A DNA stretch of 64,000 bases from an uncultured bacterium (GTDB taxonomy: Bacteria > Hydrothermota > Tepidihabitantia > SM23-42): contig CBFDDH010000006.1 in NCBI GenBank assembly GCA_965603515.1, positions 20,761 through 84,760 on the forward strand, given 5' to 3'. The notes beneath the pieces are model-generated. The model was not told where the DNA came from, did no database searches, and worked only from the letters and a program-made list of their open reading frames with translations. The position numbers were made by a program, and so were the translations under genes. Below are positions 56,273 through 64,000 of the stretch, piece after piece. Positions within the stretch are counted from its first letter, which is position 1, and every line of letters starts with the position of its first letter.

Positions 56273-58699
56273 TTAGATACTGGAGCGACGGCGGTCTTTC
56301 AGTTCTTGTTTTTTGCCTTTATTCCAGCTAGAGACTTTAGTGAAGTAACCGGTTACGCGGGTGATGTGATCGATATGATCGCTGCCACAATGAGGACAAA
56401 TTTCCCTGAGCCCTCTTGACGTTTTGAAACAACTGTTACAGGTTGTAAACTCTGGCGAGAAGGCGATTTGTGCATTACGGGTATTACAGAATGTCTTTAC
56501 TACAAAGTTGGCAATCGATTCTTTTGGCGGCTGTGATTCACCGAGCCAGACATGGGTTAATGCACCGGCTTCGATCATATCGTGGAATTTACCTTCAATT
56601 TTTACACGGTCAATCGAGTCTAAATTGATCCCCACATTCAAATATGTCGAATTGGTGTAGTATATCGAGTCGGTTTTAATATCGCCTTTTACAATACTCA
56701 ATGCCATGTTTGGAAAATGCTCAACATCAAGGCGGGCAAGACGATGGGCAGTGGATTCAGCAGGAGTTTGCTCGATGACAAAACGCAGTCCGTGAGTGCT
56801 TGATAGTGCTTTGACCCGCAAATACAGATACGCCAATACTCTGAGGCCGAAGCGTAAAGCGGTTTCATCCTCATGCATCTGTTTTCCTATATGGTATTCA
56901 ACAAGCTCATTCAAGCCCAATAAACCGATCAAGTAGGTTGCTCGATGGAGCCTTAGATACTGTTCACCGTCTCTTTCCATAGTCAGCAGTGCGAGTGGTC
57001 CTTCATCTTTCAGCGAGATAATTTTCTCAATGAACTGTTTTTTCTGGAGGTGCGCCTTTACTACATGGTCGAGTAATCTATCGAGGTTCTTGTAGAGTAA
57101 ATCATCATCGTGTTTGGATAAATAGGCAGCCCTGGGAAGATTCAACGTGACATTCTGGAGTGCAGTATAACGCATTTTCCACGGCTTATTGGCATCTTCC
57201 AGGTCTGACTCCTCGAGTTTGAATGATAATCTGCAGCACTCTGATATTCTTGCGGTTTCCCCACGGTCAAATACATAGTAAGTATTGCCGCGTTTAGATG
57301 ACACGTCAGCGATGTGATTTAAAAAGTCTTCCCAACCAGGAGTTTTAAAGAGGTTCTCGGTAATATGAACGAGTGGCTTGGGGAAGAAGAAGGGTCGACC
57401 TGTCCCATCGCCGTCCATGTAGATGTCAAAAAGAGCCCAGGCAAATCTTTGGGCATCTTTTGCATAATCACCATACTTCTTGCCCGTGTATTCACCGGCT
57501 GGACCAATCGCCTCGACATGTTTGAAATGCTTAGGGATTTCCCAGTAAATGTTGAGGTCTGAGAATATCGCCTGACCGCCTCTTGCCACTGATTGCTGTG
57601 AATATTCAAATATGAGCATCTGGGCAACTTGATGTATTTCGCGGTCGTTCATTTTAGTTAAAAATGGTGCAAAAAAGACATTGACTGCATCCCAGCCAAT
57701 TGCCCCAGCGAAATGTCCTTGTAGCGCTGCTGAGAATTTAACCATATGGGCTAGCAATGTATCAGCATGCTTTGCTGGTTTGGCTATGGAGAGCGCGTTA
57801 GGTAGATTCAATCCAAATTTCTTCACATATTCTAAAGATTGACCCGAACAATAGGGGCGGTCACCAAAGCCCAGATCGTGCAGATGGATATCCCCCTTTA
57901 TATGCGCATCAGCAACATCACGGCTAAAAACCTCGGAAAGCATATACTGTTTCTTGACGGTCTCGGCGATAGTCATATTAGTCGCTTCCGGGTTGTGCGG
58001 AATATTTGCATTCTCTCGGTTCGCGTATAAGATGATTTTTTCTGCATCGTACAGAGGGATACCAAGTCGTGTGTGACGTAAGCGTGAATTCTCTAGACCA
58101 TGTTCGATAAGTTTCACGTTGACTATTTCTCGGATCAGCGATGAAGAGATAAGTCCCACATTAGAATTTAGAATCGTATCTTCGGTTTCTTCGGCGATTT
58201 TTAGTGCAATCTCTTGATCCAATCCGGTTTCATTCTGTAATGCATTGACGATTCTTGTTCGATCCCAGGAGACAAAATCATCGTCTGAAGTGCGTACAAA
58301 TAAAGCATAGTCGGTTGTGTCTCGTTCTTCGGGCAGCTTGGAAAAAAGCTTCTTTTTTCTCAGTATTTCACGTTGTCTTCGGTAAAGGATATATGCCTTT
58401 GCCGTGCGAGCATGACCGCTTTCAATAAGTATTTTCTCTACCGCATCCTGGACTTCTTCGATTTCCGGTACTTTATTCCCCTTGAGGGTATAGAGAAACA
58501 AGACAACTTCATTGGCTAGTTTTTCTGCAAGCTCTCGGTCGTCTCCACCTATGGCTTTTGCTGCGGTATATATAGCATTAGTTATCTTCTTTTTGTCAAA
58601 GGCGACAACTGTTCCGTTTCTTTTCTTAATACTCTGAAAAATCGATTCCTCAGGGATTTCTTCAGAGATACCAATCCTCACGGATGTTTTGTCTGACAT
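56273..58699 (-). CDS. nrdD: Anaerobic (class III) ribonucleoside-triphosphate reductase with two ATP-cones
   Basis: KKRNG...FD..KI cone and second VRTS....WD...I cone; ENAN, IHLHDL, YC, ECCRL, TPAES, YYTNS, CxxC..CxxC, RVTGY glycyl motif. Confidence 0.95.
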   Translation of the reverse strand: MSDKTSVRIGISEEIPEESIFQSIKKRNGTVVAFDKKKITNAIYTAAKAIGGDDRELAEKLANEVVLFLYTLKGNKVPEIEEVQDAVEKILIESGHARTAKAYILYRRQREILRKKKLFSKLPEERDTTDYALFVRTSDDDFVSWDRTRIVNALQNETGLDQEIALKIAEETEDTILNSNVGLISSSLIREIVNVKLIEHGLENSRLRHTRLGIPLYDAEKIILYANRENANIPHNPEATNMTIAETVKKQYMLSEVFSRDVADAHIKGDIHLHDLGFGDRPYCSGQSLEYVKKFGLNLPNALSIAKPAKHADTLLAHMVKFSAALQGHFAGAIGWDAVNVFFAPFLTKMNDREIHQVAQMLIFEYSQQSVARGGQAIFSDLNIYWEIPKHFKHVEAIGPAGEYTGKKYGDYAKDAQRFAWALFDIYMDGDGTGRPFFFPKPLVHITENLFKTPGWEDFLNHIADVSSKRGNTYYVFDRGETARISECCRLSFKLEESDLEDANKPWKMRYTALQNVTLNLPRAAYLSKHDDDLLYKNLDRLLDHVVKAHLQKKQFIEKIISLKDEGPLALLTMERDGEQYLRLHRATYLIGLLGLNELVEYHIGKQMHEDETALRFGLRVLAYLYLRVKALSSTHGLRFVIEQTPAESTAHRLARLDVEHFPNMALSIVKGDIKTDSIYYTNSTYLNVGINLDSIDRVKIEGKFHDMIEAGALTHVWLGESQPPKESIANFVVKTFCNTRNAQIAFSPEFTTCNSCFKTSRGLREICPHCGSDHIDHITRVTGYFTKVSSWNKGKKQELKDRRRSSI

Positions 58700-59154
58700 C
58701 TTTTCTCCTTTTTTAATTTTTTTAACTCGCTGGCAAATTTATCGATATTGGTGAATTTGCGGTATACCGATGCAAATCGCACATAACTGACTTCATCGAT
58801 TTCTAATAGATGCTCTAAAACCATACGCCCGAGTTCAGATGATTTTATCTCGGTTTGATATCTATCAGACACAACATCTTCGATATCATTGACAATGGTC
58901 TCTAACTTCTCAGCCGACACGGGCCGCTTTCGGCACGCGGTTACAATACCATTAAGAAGTTTTGCTCGGTCGTAAGGTTCCCTTGTCTTGTTGCGTTTTA
59001 CGACTACCAAAGGCATGCGCTCAATGGTTTCGTACGTGGTGAAGCGGAAAAGACAGTTAGTACACTTTCTCCTTCTGCGTATTACAGAACCAGATTGTGG
59101 CACTCTTGTTTCTAATACCCGGTCGCTATCCTTACCACATCTTGGACACTTCAT
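58678..59154 (-). CDS. nrdR: Transcriptional repressor NrdR
   Basis: MKCP.C, IRRRR.C..C..RFTTYE, ATP-cone, YVRFASVYR.F. Confidence 0.96.
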   Translation of the reverse strand: MKCPRCGKDSDRVLETRVPQSGSVIRRRRKCTNCLFRFTTYETIERMPLVVVKRNKTREPYDRAKLLNGIVTACRKRPVSAEKLETIVNDIEDVVSDRYQTEIKSSELGRMVLEHLLEIDEVSYVRFASVYRKFTNIDKFASELKKLKKEKRCQTKHP

Positions 59155-59345
59155 AAGATAAATGCTAAATTCAAAGCACTAAATCCTAAGCAAATACGAA
59201 ATATCAAATTCAAATTACCAAAACCGTTTTTAACCTTCCGACCTACATCATTTAGTAAAAAATCAGATTTATGGGGTTTGAATTTATTCGGGATTTCAGA
59301 TACATATTGTGAAATATGCTTAAAATACACTACATATAGAGTCAT
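59151..59345 (-). CDS. Putative leaderless upstream ORF (64 aa) coupled to nrdR
   Basis: ATG 6 nt after TATAAT; stop overlaps the nrdR start (ATGA); partly encoded by repeat DNA. Confidence 0.35.
   Translation of the reverse strand: MTLYVVYFKHISQYVSEIPNKFKPHKSDFLLNDVGRKVKNGFGNLNLIFRICLGFSALNLAFIL
59297..59342. promoter_or_regulatory. Tandem NrdR boxes
   Basis: acactacatatagagt (59327-59342) and weaker cagatacatattgtga (59297-59312), 30-bp offset, resembling acaCwAtATaTwGtg. Confidence 0.7.
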
Positions 59346-59351
59346 TGTTTA

Positions 59352-59379
59352 ATTATAACCACAATTTGATATTTGTCAA
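59352..59379 (-). promoter_or_regulatory. sigma70-type promoter of nrdR-nrdD
   Basis: TTGACA-N16-TATAAT. Confidence 0.8.
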
Positions 59380-59391
59380 GAGGGAAGATGA

Positions 59392-59512
59392 GCTCGGTGA
59401 AACCGAGCAGTGATTGAGTAATTTGGTTATTAGGTTATTACGTAATTAGTTTTTTTCTCTGTATATCTGGATATTTCAATAACTTAATGACTCAATCACT
59501 TAGTAACCAATT
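59392..59512. repeat. Hairpin plus inverted octamer-repeat tract
   Basis: gctcggtgaaaccgagc; agtgattgagt (59409) / actcaatcact (59490) with degenerate 8-bp units. Confidence 0.55.
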
Positions 59513-59513
59513 T

Positions 59514-60305
59514 TTATTTCTTAAGGTGTTTCCTTCGGGCGTAGATATAGCTGAGTTCAGCGCCGAACAGAAAAATGTATGCAGAGTAATAGACCCACAA
59601 GAAAATGACTACTAAGGTGGACAACGAACCAAATACTCTGGAATAATCTACCATTCTGGTAATATAAAAGGTAAAGAGAAACTTCGCTACTTCCCAGGCA
59701 ATACCAGTAAACACGGCGCCAAACATAGCATCCTTGAATTGCACCTTACGGTTCGGGAATTGCCAGTAGATCAAGGCAAATAAGAGGATACTCAAGATAA
59801 TGCTGAACTGGGGAGGAAGCATCGCTGAGCCCTCAGCGCCAACTGCCTTTGCTACAAGGTTGGCGAAAATTGATCCCAAAAGGAGAATGATTACAAGAAA
59901 TGCCGAACCAATTGTCAAAAGACTCTTACGGAAAAAAGGTCGGTCCTTCTTGACCTTCCAGATAACATTAAGGGTTGATTCTAAAGCACGGAATATACTC
60001 GCCGCACCCCAGAGAAAACCGAGTAAACCAGCGATTGCAATAACAATTGAATTCTGCTTTATCAGTGAAATATTATTGATAATCTCATTGATATTGACTG
60101 GAAATGCTTGTTTTAGATAAGGCATGATCTTATCGATGACACCCTCTGAAGAACCCATGATAAAGACTGAGAGCGAAATGAGACCGAGGAGAAGAGGGAA
60201 GAGGCTAAAGGTAGTTGCATGCACCAGTGCAGAAGCAAGGAGGGGACACCGGTCAGTACTGAATTTCTTGTATGCTTTTTTGAAATACCAAGAGAACTGC
60301 TTCAC
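59514..60305 (-). CDS. YihY/BrkB family membrane protein
   Basis: SLFP, AL...LN.IW, P, YS..FGSL, LW.Y.SA.I.LFGAE. Confidence 0.9.
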   Translation of the reverse strand: MKQFSWYFKKAYKKFSTDRCPLLASALVHATTFSLFPLLLGLISLSVFIMGSSEGVIDKIMPYLKQAFPVNINEIINNISLIKQNSIVIAIAGLLGFLWGAASIFRALESTLNVIWKVKKDRPFFRKSLLTIGSAFLVIILLLGSIFANLVAKAVGAEGSAMLPPQFSIILSILLFALIYWQFPNRKVQFKDAMFGAVFTGIAWEVAKFLFTFYITRMVDYSRVFGSLSTLVVIFLWVYYSAYIFLFGAELSYIYARRKHLKK

Positions 60306-61804
60306 AACTTCTTTTGATAAACGATATCACCGTTGACCATGGTCATCAATACTTTGATCCGGTCCATATTGGTCTGCGTGAATAGGTTATTGTCAATCAC
60401 CACGAGGTCAGCGAGAAAACCCTTTTCAATTATCCCTTTCTTGTTTTCGTCAAATGTGGCGTAGGCGCCTCCTGCTGTATAGTTCCTAAAAGCAGATTCA
60501 GGTTTTAGCCTGCCACATGCAAAGGGATGATGGATGGCACCATGAAAACCGAAGAGCGGATCCAAGGGCATGCAGTCTGAGCCAAATACCAATTTCACTC
60601 CAGCATCTGATAACTGCTTAAAACAATTCATGGTTTTGTATCTATTGCCAAGATACTGTTCGTACATATTTCCGGGTCTTTGCCATTTTCTCGCGAAATT
60701 TGGCTGCATAGAACAGATCAAGTCGAGATCAGCGATATCCTTGATCAAAGACTGATTAAGGATTTCGAGATGTTCAAGCCGGTGGCGTAATGGATTCTGC
60801 GTTCTGGTGATGATTTTTTTCAGAACTTCAAGGGCTTGGGCAGTAGCGCGGTCGCCGATCGTGTGGATCATAAGCTGGATACCATGTTTTTTTGCAGCGC
60901 TAGCTATCTGTTCAAGTTTCTGTCGCGTTATTAGAATCTTGCCATATCTTCTGGTCCGTACATAGGGATTGGTTAACGCCGCGGTTTTGGCACCGATTGA
61001 ACCATCGAGGAAGATTTTTATGCCGGAGAATCTCAAGAAATCATCACCCAAACCAGATGAGAGTCCGGCGTTCTGAATATCTTTGAAATGTTTAAGTAAA
61101 ACATAGACAGAAAACCTTAGTTTCAAACCACGGTTTCTGTTTATGATCTGTAACAGGCGGAAACGCCGGATATCTGTTATTTCATGGACTGATGTTATCC
61201 CTTTTTTCAGTGCTTCAGAAGTACCCAGTTTCAAAGCTTTTTGGAGCATTGTTTTATCAGGTTTGAAAATATCATTCAAATTAAGGGCAATATTTTCATA
61301 AAGGTGACCGTTTTTTCTGTTCACGGTGCGCCACTTATTCGATATATAGCTCAGTCCACGGGAATTGACCACGGCAAAGTGACCGCAGATACGGCGCATG
61401 ATAATCGGTTTCTCTTTTGATATTTTGTCGAGCGTGTGCCGATTCAGGTCTTCTGATCTGAATGAAGACCAATCGCTTTCGTCCCAGTTAGAAGCAAAGA
61501 CGACCTTTTTGTCTTTAGTTAGCCCGGCGCGAAGTTTTTCAAGGCAGTCATTCAAAGACTTGCATTTTCCAAGGTTAATGCGTTGGCGTTCAATGCCCAG
61601 AGAAATGAGATGGGTGTGGCTATCAATGAAGCCGGGAATAACATAGTTTCCTTTCAGGTTATACTGCTTTGTTGTTGGTGGCAGTTTAGGTTTTTTCGTG
61701 TAGGTTTTTTCTATTATGCCGTTTCTGATCTGAATTGCCCGGATCTTTTTGTGCGGCTTGCGAAAATCAAGAAAATGTGCATTATACAACAGAATCGATT
61801 TCAC
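60302..61804 (-). CDS. Amidohydrolase 3 family (YtcJ-like)
   Basis: PGFIDSH.H, R..GH...VNS, KIF.DGS.G..TA, H.IGD.A, RHRLEH, SMQP, FGSD, G.LADLV. Confidence 0.9.
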   Translation of the reverse strand: MKSILLYNAHFLDFRKPHKKIRAIQIRNGIIEKTYTKKPKLPPTTKQYNLKGNYVIPGFIDSHTHLISLGIERQRINLGKCKSLNDCLEKLRAGLTKDKKVVFASNWDESDWSSFRSEDLNRHTLDKISKEKPIIMRRICGHFAVVNSRGLSYISNKWRTVNRKNGHLYENIALNLNDIFKPDKTMLQKALKLGTSEALKKGITSVHEITDIRRFRLLQIINRNRGLKLRFSVYVLLKHFKDIQNAGLSSGLGDDFLRFSGIKIFLDGSIGAKTAALTNPYVRTRRYGKILITRQKLEQIASAAKKHGIQLMIHTIGDRATAQALEVLKKIITRTQNPLRHRLEHLEILNQSLIKDIADLDLICSMQPNFARKWQRPGNMYEQYLGNRYKTMNCFKQLSDAGVKLVFGSDCMPLDPLFGFHGAIHHPFACGRLKPESAFRNYTAGGAYATFDENKKGIIEKGFLADLVVIDNNLFTQTNMDRIKVLMTMVNGDIVYQKKL

Positions 61805-61811
61805 CCTGGGG

Positions 61812-63158
61812 CTACCCGATTACAATAGGTTCTTCAGGATATTTGAAATCCATGGGGTGCGGTCGCAAAAGCGCACTGCCAATAGTGATTGTTCCTACAC
61901 GACCAGTTATCATGGTCATTATTATCACCAGTTTGCTGATCCATGAAAGATCATATGAAAAACTGCAGAAGGGATTCAGGGCTGAACCTAAAGAAAGTCC
62001 AACTGTTCCCAAAGCTGAAAAGACCTCAAAAAGAGCTTTAAGGGGTCGTGGATTGTCAAAAAGCATGATCAAGGTGAACGAAAGGATAATAACAAAGATA
62101 GCTATGCCAACAATGACGAATGACCTGAAAGCCTGCTCAATAGGTATCCTTTTCCGATGTGTGGAGATATCACCGTGGCGACCCAGGAGCAATTCTTTTA
62201 TCCATTTGCAGAGCAAGGCAAAGGTTGTTGTTTTAATACCACCGCCAGTACCTCCAGGAGAAGCACCGACGAACATGAAGAGCATAAACATAAAAAGGGT
62301 GATTGGTGAAAACATTGATATGGTAAAGGTGTTGAATCCAGCAGTCCTTGGTGTAACTGCCTGAAAAAATGAAAGGAGGACCTTTTCAGCAAATGTATAT
62401 CCCTGCAATGCATGGTGGCCTTCACGTACAAGAATGAATATCGTGCCAAAAACAATAAAGGCTAGCGTTGTTCTTATCACAATAGTAGTGTGCAAGGACA
62501 AACGTTTCTTGGCTCTTTTTATAAATGTCGTGAAAACATCAGAGATGACAATAAAACCCAGGCCACCAATAATAAACAATGCAGCGGCGGTAAGCGGTAC
62601 ACCGGGCGAACTTGAAAAGAGGCTCATGTTTTCTGAAAAACTCGAGAAGCCGGCATTACAGAAGGCAGATACCGCGTGAAAAAATGCATGGCCTAGAGCA
62701 GCAAGCGGGCTGAATTTTTTCAAGAAAAAGATGTACAAGAGTATGGTGCCAGTTAGTTCTAGAGCAATGGTTATTCGAAATACGCGCCAGGCAAAACGTT
62801 TCAGGTTTTCAAAAGAAAGGACATTGATCGATTCCTTGAAAAGAACTCGGTCACGCAAGGATATTTTTCTGCCGAGAAAAAAGAAGAAGGTTGTCGAAAG
62901 GGTCATGTAACCAAGACCACCGATTTGAATGAGCGTAAGGATAATACATTTCCCAAATAAGGTAAAGTCAAGTGCCGTATTCTTGACGATCAAGCCGGTA
63001 ACACATAGGCCGGATGAAGCGGTAAATAGCGCGTCAATGACTGAAATACCATTGGTCGTGGAAAATGGCAGAAGCAGTAGCAGTGTGCCAACGCCGATAA
63101 TGCCAAGATAGCCAAAAATCAAAAGGCGTGGCGCGTCTATTTCTTTAGAAAATTTCAT
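61812..63158 (-). CDS. Trk/Ktr potassium uptake membrane subunit (KtrB/TrkH)
   Basis: FTA.S..CVTGL, SAFCNAGF, RTAGF, GA.PG.TGGGIK, SA.GTVGLS; leaderless promoter 63165-63192. Confidence 0.92.
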   Translation of the reverse strand: MKFSKEIDAPRLLIFGYLGIIGVGTLLLLLPFSTTNGISVIDALFTASSGLCVTGLIVKNTALDFTLFGKCIILTLIQIGGLGYMTLSTTFFFFLGRKISLRDRVLFKESINVLSFENLKRFAWRVFRITIALELTGTILLYIFFLKKFSPLAALGHAFFHAVSAFCNAGFSSFSENMSLFSSSPGVPLTAAALFIIGGLGFIVISDVFTTFIKRAKKRLSLHTTIVIRTTLAFIVFGTIFILVREGHHALQGYTFAEKVLLSFFQAVTPRTAGFNTFTISMFSPITLFMFMLFMFVGASPGGTGGGIKTTTFALLCKWIKELLLGRHGDISTHRKRIPIEQAFRSFVIVGIAIFVIILSFTLIMLFDNPRPLKALFEVFSALGTVGLSLGSALNPFCSFSYDLSWISKLVIIMTMITGRVGTITIGSALLRPHPMDFKYPEEPIVIG

Positions 63159-63238
63159 TAAATTAGTGTATTCTTTTTCAAATGATTGTCAAGATGCCTG
63201 AAAGAGCTGCGAATACTTCTTTCAAACTTTCTGATTTT

Positions 63239-63703
63239 CTATTCAAGTAATCTGGTTTGTTTGAAAGATTTCCTTGTGACCTTCACTTTTTTTGATGCTT
63301 GTTGAGCGAGACGATCTGCAGCTTTGTTATCAGTGCGTGGCACCAAGACAAATGAGATTTTTTCAAGCTGTTCCTGCAATCGCCGGACTCTTTTTATCTG
63401 GTGGCCAATATGGAGTTTTCGTACTCGGTACTGACCAGTTATCTGTTTGTAGACGAGTTCCGAATCGAGTTTTATTGTGCAAGATTTTTTTTTAGATTTG
63501 ATCAACCACCTCAATGCGTGAATGACTGCTTCATATTCGGCGACGTTGTTTGTTGTTATGCCGATGTAGCGCGAAATCTCTTCAATTGGTTTTGATGTAT
63601 CGTCGCTCGCGAAAACCGCAACGCCGATGCCGGCAGGTCCAGGATTGCCGCGCGATGAACCATCTACATACACAACAAGGGGATGGATAGACTGCGCAGC
63701 CAT
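63239..63703 (-). CDS. rnhA: Ribonuclease HI (archaeal/Bacillus-like type)
   Basis: DGSSRGNPG.AG, TNN.AEY.A, DS.LV..QI.G.Y, VPR..N..AD.LA. Confidence 0.9.
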   Translation of the reverse strand: MAAQSIHPLVVYVDGSSRGNPGPAGIGVAVFASDDTSKPIEEISRYIGITTNNVAEYEAVIHALRWLIKSKKKSCTIKLDSELVYKQITGQYRVRKLHIGHQIKRVRRLQEQLEKISFVLVPRTDNKAADRLAQQASKKVKVTRKSFKQTRLLE

Positions 63704-63721
63704 CAGGGTTCGTCTGCTTTC

Positions 63722-64000
63722 TTAATTGTTTTTGTCGGGGTTAGCGTATATTAGTATGCGGCCACAGCTACCACACAAGAGCAGTTCGTTTCTCTTCTTG
63801 AGTTCATTGAGAAACTGGGGTGTGAGATTGGCAAAGCATCCGGTGCATGTTTCATCATGGATCAAACAGACCGCATTGCCACGAACCTTCTTTATTTTAT
63901 TATACTGCTCGCTGATGTCCTTGGGGAGTTTACCGAAATGAGTATCGAAATCAGCCTTCAGTTGGGCTAGATGTTCGATCAATTCTTCATTATGCTTATG
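63722..64000 (-). CDS. C4-type zinc ribbon protein (DUF164/CT398-like), 5'-truncated by window edge
   Basis: Y..I...RG.AV......C.GC...L.PQ...........C..CGRIL; frame open to window end. Confidence 0.85.
   Translation of the reverse strand, partial: HKHNEELIEHLAQLKADFDTHFGKLPKDISEQYNKIKKVRGNAVCLIHDETCTGCFANLTPQFLNELKKRNELLLCGSCGRILIYANPDKNN

Noticed and set aside
1-64000. CRISPR array, prophage, integrase, transposase or anti-phage defence island
   Set aside because: No regularly spaced repeats with unique spacers and no recognisable cas, phage, recombinase or defence ORFs; tRNA-Asp is flanked by ordinary genes

Overview
A gene-dense window (about 41% GC by eye) of core chromosome from a diderm, probably anaerobic, peptide/amino-acid-fermenting bacterium. 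The evidence is lpxA/fabZ, class III RNR, Rnf, a gingipain-like C25 peptidase, two proteins with Por/T9SS-type C-terminal tails, and hutI-ftcd. An FCB-related candidate phylum such as WOR-3 is plausible, but that is inference only. The window holds about 60 CDS and one tRNA-Asp(GTC). I found no CRISPR array, prophage, transposase or recognisable defence island. The signals that stand out are: (1) a tandemly duplicated [SgmX-like TPR scaffold + stand-alone ExeA-type AAA+ ATPase] module upstream of PHP-fabZ-lpxA, whose second ATPase appears to start at a non-canonical ATC codon; (2) pervasive TTGAC(A/T)-N16-TAnnnT promoters, about 15 of which sit 5-7 nt before a start codon with no Shine-Dalgarno, i.e. 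widespread leaderless mRNAs; (3) a sigma54 promoter with an NtrC-type enhancer driving an uncharacterised envelope operon; (4) a geranylgeranyl reductase co-transcribed with uppS-cdsA; (5) a leaderless uORF carrying NrdR boxes and coupled to nrdR-nrdD; (6) two small genes missing from the ORF track; (7) several MITE/REP-like elements. All product calls come from motif recognition by eye; no database search was run.
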